In this document: piece after piece, positions 19,216 through 28,443 of the stretch
Layout of the letters: the number at the start of each line of letters is the position of its first letter
Position numbering within the stretch: position 1 is the stretch's first letter
NCBI GenBank assembly: GCA_027036135.1
Contig: JALVSY010000007.1
Coordinates: 420,880 to 484,879, forward strand
Direction: 5' to 3'
DNA from: Pyrodictiaceae archaeon
GTDB taxonomy: Archaea > Thermoproteota > Thermoprotei_A > Sulfolobales > Pyrodictiaceae
Length of the DNA stretch: 64,000 nucleotides
Translations under genes and position numbers: made by a program
The notes under the pieces: model-generated
Seen by the model: the letters and a program-made list of their open reading frames with translations, nothing else
Databases searched by the model: none
Told to the model about the DNA's origin: nothing

Positions 19216-20886
19216 TTACACAATTAACCCTAGGTATTCTTGCGCCTTGCTTAGTACTTTTTTCATAGTTCTCTCTTCTTGGGTATCTTTGAGCGCCACA
19301 TAATAAAGTCGAGCGGTTTTTCCCTCGGCGGGTCTAAGTAAGCGCCCCAATCTCTGTATGAATTGGCGTGTAGACGAGGTACCTGAAACTATTATTCCTA
19401 CATTCGCATCTGGTATATCTATACCTTCATCACCAAGCGTTGTCAATATTAGTACTTTATATCTATTATTCTTAAATAAATTAAATACAAGGTTCCTAGT
19501 ATTCTTATTGGTCTTGCTAGTGACTACTGGTGCTCCAAGTTTCTTCCCAAGTTTTTTCGCTTGTGATACATATTGCGTAAATATTATTATTTTTGAATTA
19601 TTTTTTAATTCTCTTTCAACTATTTCTTTTACTGAATCAAGCTTCTTTTCAGAGCTTAATAATATCCTCCTTATTTCGTTCATTATTTGTAATGCCTGCT
19701 TAGCCGATTCCTCGCCAAAAGCAGCTGCTTGTATAAGCTCACGTATTTCTCTACCCTTGGCAAGGGCAAAGAAACGTTTCCTTAGTTCTTTATATTTTGT
19801 GCGAAGTTTCTCCTCTAATGGAACCACAACTGGTATTATATTAAAAGGTGCTATAAAGCCAGCACTTATTAGATCAGCTAAACTCCTTGAATAGACTATG
19901 CCGCCTACAAGACTGAATAACTCTTCGTGTTTGCCGTCCTCTCTATAAGGTGTTGCCGATAAACCTAGGCGATAAGGTGCTAAAATACCCTCTGCAATTG
20001 CTCTAAATTTGTCGGCTGGGAGATGATGTACCTCATCAATTATTATTAGAGAGAACTTGTCTTTAAGGAGATTAATGTTGCGAAAAGCTGATTGATAAGT
20101 AGTTACTGTTATAGGTTTAATAATTTTCTTTTCGGAGTAGAATTCGCCGATAAGCCTAGTGGATCCCTTTACAAATCTCCTTATCTTATCAAGCCATTCG
20201 CTCAATTGCTCTTTTGTGTACACAACTATGAGAGTCGGCACACTTAGCTTAACTAAAGCTCCAAGACCTATAATAGTCTTGCCAGCACCGGTAGGAAGCG
20301 CTATCACTCCCCGGTATCGATGTCTTATCCATTCATTGAGCGCTTCCTCTTGATAGGGCCTTAGCGGAACACTAAGTTCCAAATCCCCTATTTTCTCATT
20401 TGCAATAATGAGACCTGTCTTATCAATTATCCTAAGACCTTCGCTTTCTAAGCGTGCTATTACATCGATAATAGCATAAGGTTTTACAAGGAATCCCCTA
20501 TGAAGACGAGAATACCAGACTACACGTTTCTCCTTAAACACTTGAAGATAGTCATTTAAATATATCGGTGAGCGGAGAATATACATATTGTTGTGTTTAT
20601 ATATTTCAACAATTCGAAATTCTCTTAGTCTATTAATAATATCGTTTTTTGATCCTCCTACAATCTCTGCGCCGATTTCATCGATAAGGTCAAGTACCTT
20701 CTCCATAGCTGAAATATTATTCGCATCCACTAAGAAAGTGCTGCACCCATTCTCTCGGCCTATATATGTAGCAAATTCTATAATTTTGTTAAACTCTTCT
20801 TTCTCGAGCCAGCGGCAAACCCTAAGCTTGATAAGCAATCTATAGCCCCTTTTTCTAAATTCTTCTTGTCTTCTCTCTATGAACAC
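19216..20886 (-). CDS. xpb: XPB/Rad25-like superfamily 2 helicase
   Basis: LRPYQEEAL, LPTGAGKT, DEVHH, GLSATPYRED, DEGIDIPDA, QRLGRLLR. Confidence 0.9.
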   Translation of the reverse strand: MFIERRQEEFRKRGYRLLIKLRVCRWLEKEEFNKIIEFATYIGRENGCSTFLVDANNISAMEKVLDLIDEIGAEIVGGSKNDIINRLREFRIVEIYKHNNMYILRSPIYLNDYLQVFKEKRVVWYSRLHRGFLVKPYAIIDVIARLESEGLRIIDKTGLIIANEKIGDLELSVPLRPYQEEALNEWIRHRYRGVIALPTGAGKTIIGLGALVKLSVPTLIVVYTKEQLSEWLDKIRRFVKGSTRLIGEFYSEKKIIKPITVTTYQSAFRNINLLKDKFSLIIIDEVHHLPADKFRAIAEGILAPYRLGLSATPYREDGKHEELFSLVGGIVYSRSLADLISAGFIAPFNIIPVVVPLEEKLRTKYKELRKRFFALAKGREIRELIQAAAFGEESAKQALQIMNEIRRILLSSEKKLDSVKEIVERELKNNSKIIIFTQYVSQAKKLGKKLGAPVVTSKTNKNTRNLVFNLFKNNRYKVLILTTLGDEGIDIPDANVGIIVSGTSSTRQFIQRLGRLLRPAEGKTARLYYVALKDTQEERTMKKVLSKAQEYLGLIV

Positions 20887-21346
20887 TAGGAGTCAAGCGT
20901 CCGTTACTCGTTTTTGAGGAGGTAATACATTCTATTTGTTCTCTCAGATCACTAATTTCGTTTAAACATAGCATGCTTCGTCTCTTGCTGTTACTTAGCC
21001 CTAAGCACTTCATTATCTCTTGGTATTCGTTTTCGTCATCAAGAACTAGTAGAGTATAAGGGCCCTCTTTAACTATATATAATATATTATTGATATTTAT
21101 ATTTTTTATACAATTATAATTATTTGTACAAATTATGTAACCATAGAGAAGTACACCGGGTACATTATTATTATCTATCGGTAAATCTATTTTAAATATG
21201 CAGCCAGTAATAAGATCGTCTGAGTCATGAAGAGAAGCTACCAGGTGACAGTCCCAGATACTAGCAAACGCAGCAACATACGTATAATCCACTTTACAAA
21301 GCTCCCTGCGTGGGTTCGTCATCACATATCCCTTTTTCTTCAGCAT
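20855..21346 (-). CDS. Hypothetical Cys-rich protein
   Basis: 163-aa ORF between operon-like genes, overlapping the xpb start. Confidence 0.55.
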   Translation of the reverse strand: MLKKKGYVMTNPRRELCKVDYTYVAAFASIWDCHLVASLHDSDDLITGCIFKIDLPIDNNNVPGVLLYGYIICTNNYNCIKNININNILYIVKEGPYTLLVLDDENEYQEIMKCLGLSNSKRRSMLCLNEISDLREQIECITSSKTSNGRLTPSVHREKTRRI

Positions 21347-21358
21347 TTAAAACCCCGG

Positions 21359-22057
21359 TCATCGCTCAAGTATACACTTGATACTCATTCCACCATATTT
21401 CTTCAATTCACTTCCGCAAACTATAATTAGTGGAATGACTTCTTTTATCTTTAGTACACTCCTTATACGCTCACAAATAGTTCCTATTGCCTCAACATTA
21501 ATAACCAAAGGAAAGACTAGCAAAGCGTGGGAAGCTCTTGTCCTAAGCGCATCGTATCTAGTGCACGCAAATATAGCTATTGGGTTTGTTGCAATGGAAA
21601 AACATTCGGCACGAGTTCCCGGCACAATAGGGGCGAAATAAAGCACAACTAGGTTCTTCATAAACGCGTCACTAAGCTTCATAGCAAGTGAAATAGACGG
21701 GTCATTAAACGATATAATGACGTCTGCGTTGATGACTTCATTGGCGAATTTCCTTATTGTGAGTAAAAGCAGTGTGTTGGCTACAACGTCATTATATAGT
21801 AGGTCGGGATTTTTTCTTATAAGATTAGCTATTTCTTTCGATATTTTTGAATTAGCAATAAAATTATTAATTATTTTTTCGGCAATATTCTTTCCGGGTA
21901 AGCTGTGTCTATGCAAGTACCTGCTTATCATCGAAGGCGGTATTCCCAGCATTGTTGAGATATCTTTATAGCTATAAAATTTGTGCATTAATTCTATAAT
22001 ATCCACGGCCATGCGTCTATAGTCGATTAGCCTAGTAAATACATTGTCTCTCCGCAT
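21359..22057 (-). CDS. HTH fused to a degenerate phosphoribosyltransferase-like domain
   Basis: YSYKDISTMLGIPPSMISRYLHRHSLP HTH typical of archaeal HTH-PRTase proteins. Start set to ATG 22057. Confidence 0.7.
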   Translation of the reverse strand: MRRDNVFTRLIDYRRMAVDIIELMHKFYSYKDISTMLGIPPSMISRYLHRHSLPGKNIAEKIINNFIANSKISKEIANLIRKNPDLLYNDVVANTLLLLTIRKFANEVINADVIISFNDPSISLAMKLSDAFMKNLVVLYFAPIVPGTRAECFSIATNPIAIFACTRYDALRTRASHALLVFPLVINVEAIGTICERIRSVLKIKEVIPLIIVCGSELKKYGGMSIKCILER

Positions 22058-22223
22058 AGTATCCAGCCTGGTGTTTCCATTACTCTGATTAAGATGATTA
22101 ACTTGAACAACTATTACCTGGTTGTATGTGATTTTCTGCTCGTATAGGACTTTAACACACGGCAATTTAATAAGAGCTTCCTTTCAACAGAAGTGTGCCT
22201 TGGAGGAGTGAGGGAAAAAGTGC

Positions 22224-23093
22224 ATGTCATCGCAGCAAAAAGTGCCTCCTGAGGTAAAAGCTCGTATAGAAGCTATTAAGCGAATTAGAGAACAGGAGGA
22301 ACAAGTTCGGAAAAATCTTGAGAAAATAAAGTACAAGATAGCAATTCTTAGCGGTAAAGGTGGAGTAGGTAAGTCGTTTGTTACAGCTAGTCTCGCTTTT
22401 GCACTGGCTTACTTGGGTAAACAAGTTGGTGTGTTGGATGCGGATATTTATGGGCCATCAATTCCTAAGATGATGGGGGTTGCTGGTCAGCCTGTTATGG
22501 GTACACCGGATGGGCGTATTATACCAGTTGTGGCTCCGCTTGGTGTAAAAGTACTCTCTATAGGTGTTATGCTTCCATCCGAGGACACGCCAGTTATATG
22601 GCGAGGGCCAATGTCTACGTCAGCTATTCGAGAAATGTTGGCGTATGCGGATTGGGGTGAGCTTGATTATCTGCTAATAGACCTACCTCCAGGCACAGGG
22701 GACGAGCAGCTAACTATTCTTCAGCTCATTAAGGACTTGACTGGCACGATAATAGTCACAATACCATCTGATGTGTCTAGAGTGGTTGTTGCTAAAGCAA
22801 TAAACTTTGCAAGAAAGCTCAATGCACCAATACTAGGCATAATCGAGAATATGAGTTATTTTACATGTCCTGATGGTACAAAGCACTATATATTCGGCCA
22901 GGGAGCTGGTAAGAAAATAGCTGAAAAATACAATGTAAGATTTCTTGGCGAAATACCAATAGATCCTAGAATATCCAGAGCCAATGACGCGGGTGAACCC
23001 TTCTTTGTGAAATATCCTGATAGCGAGGCAGCAAAGGTTCTACTAGAGTTAGCCCAGAAAATAATTGAAATTGTTGAAGGAAAAACTCAGTAA
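22224..23093 (+). CDS. Mrp/ApbC/NBP35 iron-sulfur cluster carrier ATPase
   Basis: SGKGGVGKS, DADIYGPS, WRGP, DLPPGTGD, ENMSYFTCP. Confidence 0.95.
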   Translation: MSSQQKVPPEVKARIEAIKRIREQEEQVRKNLEKIKYKIAILSGKGGVGKSFVTASLAFALAYLGKQVGVLDADIYGPSIPKMMGVAGQPVMGTPDGRIIPVVAPLGVKVLSIGVMLPSEDTPVIWRGPMSTSAIREMLAYADWGELDYLLIDLPPGTGDEQLTILQLIKDLTGTIIVTIPSDVSRVVVAKAINFARKLNAPILGIIENMSYFTCPDGTKHYIFGQGAGKKIAEKYNVRFLGEIPIDPRISRANDAGEPFFVKYPDSEAAKVLLELAQKIIEIVEGKTQ

Positions 23094-23148
23094 CAAATAG
23101 TTAAAACAAAATCCATTTTAAGTTTTAACTATAACTTGTGGTAAACGG

Positions 23149-23568
23149 TTGGGATTTATGAGAACAACCGAGATAGTGAAAGTTGATAGCAAAGGTAGAG
23201 TTACCATACCTCTCGTAGTGAGAGAAGCATTAAACATTGTTGAAGGGATGAATCTAATTCTCATAGCTGACACGGATAGGAGAGAGATAATACTTACGCC
23301 TCTGCCTAGTATTGAGGCAAAGCTATATGAGCTTAGAATCGAGGTCAAGGATGTTCCTGGAGCTCTAGCCAAGGTTGCTGGTAGATTAGCAGAGCTTGGG
23401 GCTGATATAGTAATATCTCAGTGCACGTCAATTAAGAGAGGAGAGTTTGCCGAGTGTGTTATCGTAGTGGATGTATCCAGGTCTAATAAGGATATTGAGG
23501 AAATAAAGTCCGAGCTCTCAGCGCTAGACGTTGTTAGATTCATTCAAGCTAGGTCCCTAAAGCGTTGA
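23149..23568 (+). CDS. AbrB/MazE-type DNA-binding domain + ACT domain regulator
   Basis: VKVDSKGRVTIPLVVREAL and DVPGALAKV. Confidence 0.9.
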   Translation: MGFMRTTEIVKVDSKGRVTIPLVVREALNIVEGMNLILIADTDRREIILTPLPSIEAKLYELRIEVKDVPGALAKVAGRLAELGADIVISQCTSIKRGEFAECVIVVDVSRSNKDIEEIKSELSALDVVRFIQARSLKR

Positions 23569-23648
23569 GGATAATGATAGCATAAGGACACGAGATATCC
23601 AAGGCAGCACTCAATTTTTCTTCTGCGTATTGTTTCTAAAGGTATCGG

Positions 23649-24482
23649 ATGGGCTCTATGACTAGTGAGCGATATGTCTCAATCTATGTCGGTTGTTGTG
23701 GTTTTCCTATGGCGCGTTCACGTTATTATAGGACTTTCAAGACAGTTGAGATCCAGCAGACGTTTTACAATTTACCAACGGCTAATACAGCTATGCGTTG
23801 GCGTGAGGAGGCACCAAGCGATTTTATATTCAACATGAAGGCGTGGCAGGTCATAACGCATCCTCCAAGCAGCCCTACTTGGAGAAGGTTAAGATCCGAG
23901 CCTCCAGGTAATAAGAAGAACTATGGCCTACTCAAGCCAACTGAGGAAAATTTCTCTGCGTGGAGACGCAGTCTGGATATCGCCAGAATTTTAAGAGCTC
24001 GATTGATTGTTCTCCAGACGCCTCCCAGTTTTGGCTATAGCGATGAACATGTTAACTGGGTTAATATTTTCTTTTCACGCGCTGTAATTGAAGCTAATCA
24101 GTTGGGTGTGCTAGTTGGGTGGGAACCTAGGGGGAGCTGGCGAGATGCCCTAGAGACCGTAAAGGAGATTGTATGCAAGCACGGGGTTATTCATATTGTT
24201 GACCCGCTGCGCCTTGACCCGGTTATTTGTGAGAAGCAGACAGTTCTATACTTTAGGCTTCATGGTCTAGGGGGAAAAGAGGTAAATTATAGATATAAAT
24301 ATAGAGACAATGATTTAGTTTTATTAGCTAATAAATTATCTAACTATCTAGAGACTCATAAAGATTTAGAAGAAGTATATGTTATGTTTAATAATATCTA
24401 CATGTTAGATGATGGCATTAGATTTAGGCAGATAGCTTCTGAACACCTTAGCAACAAGTATCCACGGATTAAGATATACTAG
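23649..24482 (+). CDS. DUF72 family protein
   Basis: VGCCGF, VEIQQTFY, KAWQVITH, YFRLHG, YVMFNN. Confidence 0.92.
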   Translation: MGSMTSERYVSIYVGCCGFPMARSRYYRTFKTVEIQQTFYNLPTANTAMRWREEAPSDFIFNMKAWQVITHPPSSPTWRRLRSEPPGNKKNYGLLKPTEENFSAWRRSLDIARILRARLIVLQTPPSFGYSDEHVNWVNIFFSRAVIEANQLGVLVGWEPRGSWRDALETVKEIVCKHGVIHIVDPLRLDPVICEKQTVLYFRLHGLGGKEVNYRYKYRDNDLVLLANKLSNYLETHKDLEEVYVMFNNIYMLDDGIRFRQIASEHLSNKYPRIKIY

Positions 24483-24513
24483 ATGTTAAGCTGTATGTCG
24501 CTCCATTTTACAG

Positions 24514-24585
24514 TGGGCTCAGTCGGTGGTTAGTTCTTCATCTATTGCGGCACGGTCAAGGCGGGTAGAGCGCCATCATCGCCAT
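24514..24585 (-). ncRNA. Box C/D guide sRNA, possibly tRNA-targeting
   Basis: Minus strand ATGATGG-CGCTCTACCCGCC-TTGA...AATAG-ATGAAGA-ACTAACCACCGA-CTGA. Confidence 0.75.
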
Positions 24586-24657
24586 CTATAGCATAAGTCC
24601 CTAGGTATAAATAAAGCTGAAAGTTCTCTACTAAAGATAACGTACGGAGGGTGAGGT

Positions 24658-25419
24658 ATGAGCTTTAGAGCCATTTATCCCGCGGCTACGAAGTTTAAAT
24701 ATATAGTTCAGACACTTGCAAAGGTGATGGACGAGATACCCTTTGTAGCCACAGCTGAGGGGCTCGAAGTTAAGGCGCTAACGCCTGATAAAACTACAAT
24801 GATAATTTTACGTCTCCCATCAACTGTCTTTGATTCTTTTGAGTTAGCAGAGGAGAAGAAAACCTTCATAGTCAGTGCTGACGAGTTAAATAGGATTGCC
24901 AAGCGAGGTACACGCAATGATATTGTTGAGCTAAAACTTGATGAAGAACATCGTAGGTTAGAGATAAACTTTCACGATAAGAAGACAGGTGTAGTTCGGT
25001 CGTTTTATGTGGCTCTCCGGGAGGGCATAGTTGAGGAGCTAAGTGAGCCTCAAGTGGAACTGAGTGTTACTGCGCGCATGATGGCAGAGGACTTCAAGAA
25101 TATAATTAATGATGCTAAGATAGTCAGTGACGAGGTAGAGTTCAAAACATATGAGGATAAGATAGAGGTTCTAGCTGAAACTACCCAGAAACGCTATCGT
25201 GGTGTCCTGGTGCAGGGAGATCCGCTGCTTAGCTTAGATGTTAGTGGGAATCCTCCTATATCAGCTAAGTACTCTATAGATCTATTGAAGGCTACGCTGA
25301 AGGCGACGAGTGCAGCTGATACAGTAACCTTGCAATATGGAGAATCGCTTCCTATGAGGCTTAGCTTCGATCTACCTGGTGGAGGCATACTCGTGTACTG
25401 GGTGTCTCCTAGAATCTAA
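24658..25419 (+). CDS. pcn: PCNA sliding clamp subunit
   Basis: 253 aa with PCNA fold pattern (ALTPDKTTMI, DAKIVSDEV, YSIDLL, LPMRLSF, YWVSPR). Confidence 0.93.
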   Translation: MSFRAIYPAATKFKYIVQTLAKVMDEIPFVATAEGLEVKALTPDKTTMIILRLPSTVFDSFELAEEKKTFIVSADELNRIAKRGTRNDIVELKLDEEHRRLEINFHDKKTGVVRSFYVALREGIVEELSEPQVELSVTARMMAEDFKNIINDAKIVSDEVEFKTYEDKIEVLAETTQKRYRGVLVQGDPLLSLDVSGNPPISAKYSIDLLKATLKATSAADTVTLQYGESLPMRLSFDLPGGGILVYWVSPRI

Positions 25420-25655
25420 CTTCCTTCCAGTTTCCTCAGTAGTTCTTCAAGTGCTTTCTTTGCCTCTTCCTTTGTCTCTGTTACTCTAGGTACTACTCCT
25501 CTTAGTGAAGGAAACCAGGCTGGTCGAGGACACTGGTTTCGTTCTGGACAAGCTAGACAGCAATATGGGCACACACTTCTCTCGGGATGAAGCCAGCATT
25601 GACGCGTAGGTCTGTGTCGTCCACATACATCGCATCTTTCCCAATAGATGCTCAT
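25416..25655 (-). CDS. Small Zn-binding Cys-rich protein
   Basis: CDVC..C..H..CPYCCLAC...C. Start set to ATG 25655. Confidence 0.78.
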   Translation of the reverse strand: MSIYWERCDVCGRHRPTRQCWLHPERSVCPYCCLACPERNQCPRPAWFPSLRGVVPRVTETKEEAKKALEELLRKLEGS

Positions 25656-25759
25656 TCCCGACCCCAGTACTCCTATTGATGCTTGAGGCAAACTAAAAAG
25701 GAGCAAGGCCTTAAAGTGTTATTAAACAAGTCTTATAAGAATACCATATAGATGGCTGA

Positions 25760-25856
25760 CCGATGATAAGCGGTAATCGCGGCGGGGTATATCTCTTACA
25801 AGAGCCCCGTGGAGTAGGCCGCTCAGAGGGATGATGCCGTTAGAGACTTCTCTAGC
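25760..25856 (+). ncRNA. Candidate structured sRNA (degenerate C/D boxes around a long hairpin)
   Basis: TTATAAG upstream, ATGATAA, hairpin AGCGGT..GCGGGG..CTCTT/AAGAG..CCCCGT..GCCGCT, then CAGA, ATGATGC, CTAG. Confidence 0.4.
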
Positions 25857-25906
25857 TATTTATTAGGTGTGTGCTATCCTCTAAGGGGTTAACTGAGGGA
25901 TAAGGG

Positions 25907-26287
25907 ATGAAGCGAATAACCATAGAAATCGATTTCGCGAAGTATAAATCAGTAAAACTTCCTAAGGATGAGGCCGAGAAACTCCTCCAGACACTTACCG
26001 AGATACTGGGTAAGAAGCCCAATGATATACAGGAGACACTTAGGTATATCAAGAACTTTGACGAGTTCTTTGAATATATGAGGAAAAAATTCAAGGACTA
26101 TCTCGCGCCACCGCATAGGGCTGATGACTATATTAGAGGTGAAGCAGTTGTTGACAAAGTTAAGTTGCTAAAAAGGAATAACGAAAAATATGTTATGATA
26201 ATATTTGATAGACGTGTTAAGGAAGACTTGATTAGAAAGGCTTTAGAGCAGCTAGGGTACGAGGTCGAAATAAAGAAGGTATTCTGA
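25907..26287 (+). CDS. Conserved hypothetical protein
   Basis: 126-aa ORF with SD GAGG and strong coding bias. Confidence 0.8.
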   Translation: MKRITIEIDFAKYKSVKLPKDEAEKLLQTLTEILGKKPNDIQETLRYIKNFDEFFEYMRKKFKDYLAPPHRADDYIRGEAVVDKVKLLKRNNEKYVMIIFDRRVKEDLIRKALEQLGYEVEIKKVF

Positions 26288-26304
26288 TCCAGTTCTTAAT
26301 CAAA

Positions 26305-26556
26305 TTATTTCTTCTTTTTACGCCTCTTTGAACCAACAGTAGGTATAGCCACCGCTTGTAGCGAGGAAATAGCCTCTTCAACGCTAAGTTCTCCGTGCAA
26401 AACCTTTTCTAGGATATCTGTGCGCTTCACCATTGCCTCAAGTAGCGACGCGTTTATGTCGATATCGATCGCCTCTTCTAACTCTTCTCCTTCAGCGCTG
26501 CTGGTCTCACTTGTCCCAGTCTCTTCAGCAATTACCGGCTCCTCTGCCTCGGACAT
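26305..26556 (-). CDS. rpo13: RNA polymerase subunit Rpo13
   Basis: Acidic N-tail, core LLEAMVKRTDILEKVLHGELSVEEA resembling the Sulfolobus Rpo13 core as recalled (IELLMKNTEIWDNLLNGKISVDEA), basic C-tail. Confidence 0.78.
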   Translation of the reverse strand: MSEAEEPVIAEETGTSETSSAEGEELEEAIDIDINASLLEAMVKRTDILEKVLHGELSVEEAISSLQAVAIPTVGSKRRKKKK

Positions 26557-26635
26557 TCAATTTCACCTTCTCTCTTCGCTCACTTCTTGCAGCTTATAAC
26601 CTTTTGCGTTGCCTATTAAAATACTTCATTGTCCA

Positions 26636-27649
26636 TCAGCTTATACGCAGCATTAATGGAGTATTAATATCGTAGTCGCGGACAACGGCGTAACCTTTGG
26701 GTAGTAAGCCGAGTGTTTCCGTAAGTATATCTATCTCGTCGCGATTATTACTAACAGCTATACTTTCCGCAACATATTTTGCTAGTTTTGGTTCAACTTG
26801 CCGTAATGCTATCTTTGTACCAGTATTAGCCAAGATTGATTTGTCTAGGTCGTCTAGGCGCTGTGTTATCAGTATAAGTGCAAGCCCATATTTCCTTAAC
26901 TCAGTAGCCATGTTCGCTACAATATTTCTCCGTGAATTCTTAGATGCAACAAGATGAGCCTCATCGATTACAAGTACTGCCCTAACGGTTTTTGCCAGGT
27001 CTCTTTCCTTCATAGCTATATATAGTTTTTCGAGAAACAACTCTATGTATAGACTTTGCCACGATCTCTCTCCAATACTTGATAAATCTATTATTACTGG
27101 CTTCTCTGAACCAAAGATAGTATCTATTGAAATATTTGTTTTCGCGAATACTCTTGAGGCAAGCGACTCTACATATGTTGCAACAATATATGCTCGCTTC
27201 TCTCTACTAGCAATCCGTCTCAGTATCTGAGCAACATCAAGTAAAGTAGGCGGTGTTCTTCTCCAAGTACTTGGCTCATTCTCTATTATGCCTTTTGCCT
27301 CGTAAGCGAGAAGTATAGCGTCTTCCAGTAAGCGTTCTTGAAGCGGTCCCAGCTTAAAGAGCGATGATATTAGGGAAGTGATCTCGATTGCTCGTTGCCG
27401 TGGACTTTTTCCATGTAGGTCTAAAGGATTAATGGATGAAGTAGAGGCATCTATGACTATGCTATCGTTTAACAAGTTCTTATACTCACCATGAGGATCG
27501 ATGATAATTACACTCGATTTGGCTGATTTGGCTATCTGAGTAGCTATCCTCGCAGCTGTATACGATTTTCCGGATCCCGATGCCCCGCTAATCACAATGT
27601 GGGGGTTCGTATGCACGCCAATACTTATCTTATTATGAGTGGTGCCCAA
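26636..27649 (-). CDS. HerA/VirB4-like ATPase domain (C-terminal part of a split gene)
   Basis: NPHIVISGASGSGKS, IDPHGEY, VIDEAH, ELRKYGLALILITQ. Confidence 0.88.
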   Translation of the reverse strand: MGTTHNKISIGVHTNPHIVISGASGSGKSYTAARIATQIAKSAKSSVIIIDPHGEYKNLLNDSIVIDASTSSINPLDLHGKSPRQRAIEITSLISSLFKLGPLQERLLEDAILLAYEAKGIIENEPSTWRRTPPTLLDVAQILRRIASREKRAYIVATYVESLASRVFAKTNISIDTIFGSEKPVIIDLSSIGERSWQSLYIELFLEKLYIAMKERDLAKTVRAVLVIDEAHLVASKNSRRNIVANMATELRKYGLALILITQRLDDLDKSILANTGTKIALRQVEPKLAKYVAESIAVSNNRDEIDILTETLGLLPKGYAVVRDYDINTPLMLRIS

Positions 27650-28410
27650 TCATATGAATACCTACGAGTAATTCGTATGTTCTCGTCACGATACCTCACG
27701 AGAGGAGATTCTATTAGGGCTGCAATAGCTTGGCCTAGTTCAGCCCCCTCTCTATTCCGAAGCATTTCAATTACTTCTATCGTTTCTGCGTCCTTGAGGT
27801 AATATAATAAAAGTACTAATGGAGGATATCGTAACGACGATACAAAGACTAATGAGGAGACTACTTGGAGCAGTGGGATGTCTTGTACTGGTGCTATGAA
27901 TAGATATAGAGGTATTGATACGATATAAAGATATATTATATTAGGTGGTATATGTGGGCTTAGAATCCATAGCAAAAGAGTTAGTATGGCGACATAGATT
28001 AATTGGTTCCTAAAACTTGTACTATAATCTTCTAATATGTTTTTATAATATCTTAGAATATTTATTACGCTAGCTAGGAAACTATCTTTTATATTATTTC
28101 TTTTAATATTAATTATTAGAAGTACTATTAAATATATGATTAGTATTGACTCCGTTATTGATACAGCCATTGTTGGTACTAATGTTGGTAATTGGTTATT
28201 AAAATTTGTTATAAGTATTGTTCTCTCTAATATTTTAAAAAATATTACTATATTCATAATAAATATAAGAATTGTAGCTAATATTGATTTGAGTATTAAA
28301 GCAACGAGAATCCCTATTAAAGGGTATACAATACTAGCGTATTGACTAGGCACGAATAATACAGTAGCGGCAAGGAATAACGAGAGAATAATACTAAGTT
28401 GTTGTCTCAT
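27625..28410 (-). CDS. Polytopic membrane protein (probable N-terminal part of the split HerA/VirB4 gene)
   Basis: About 6-7 TM segments followed by a soluble LGQAIAALI strand. Overlaps the ATPase ORF by 25 nt in another frame. Confidence 0.72.
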   Translation of the reverse strand: MRQQLSIILSLFLAATVLFVPSQYASIVYPLIGILVALILKSILATILIFIMNIVIFFKILERTILITNFNNQLPTLVPTMAVSITESILIIYLIVLLIINIKRNNIKDSFLASVINILRYYKNILEDYSTSFRNQLIYVAILTLLLWILSPHIPPNIIYLYIVSIPLYLFIAPVQDIPLLQVVSSLVFVSSLRYPPLVLLLYYLKDAETIEVIEMLRNREGAELGQAIAALIESPLVRYRDENIRITRRYSYDWAPLIIR

Positions 28411-28443
28411 TAGCACTCTTCCAAGCTCTGAGGTGAACTGGTA

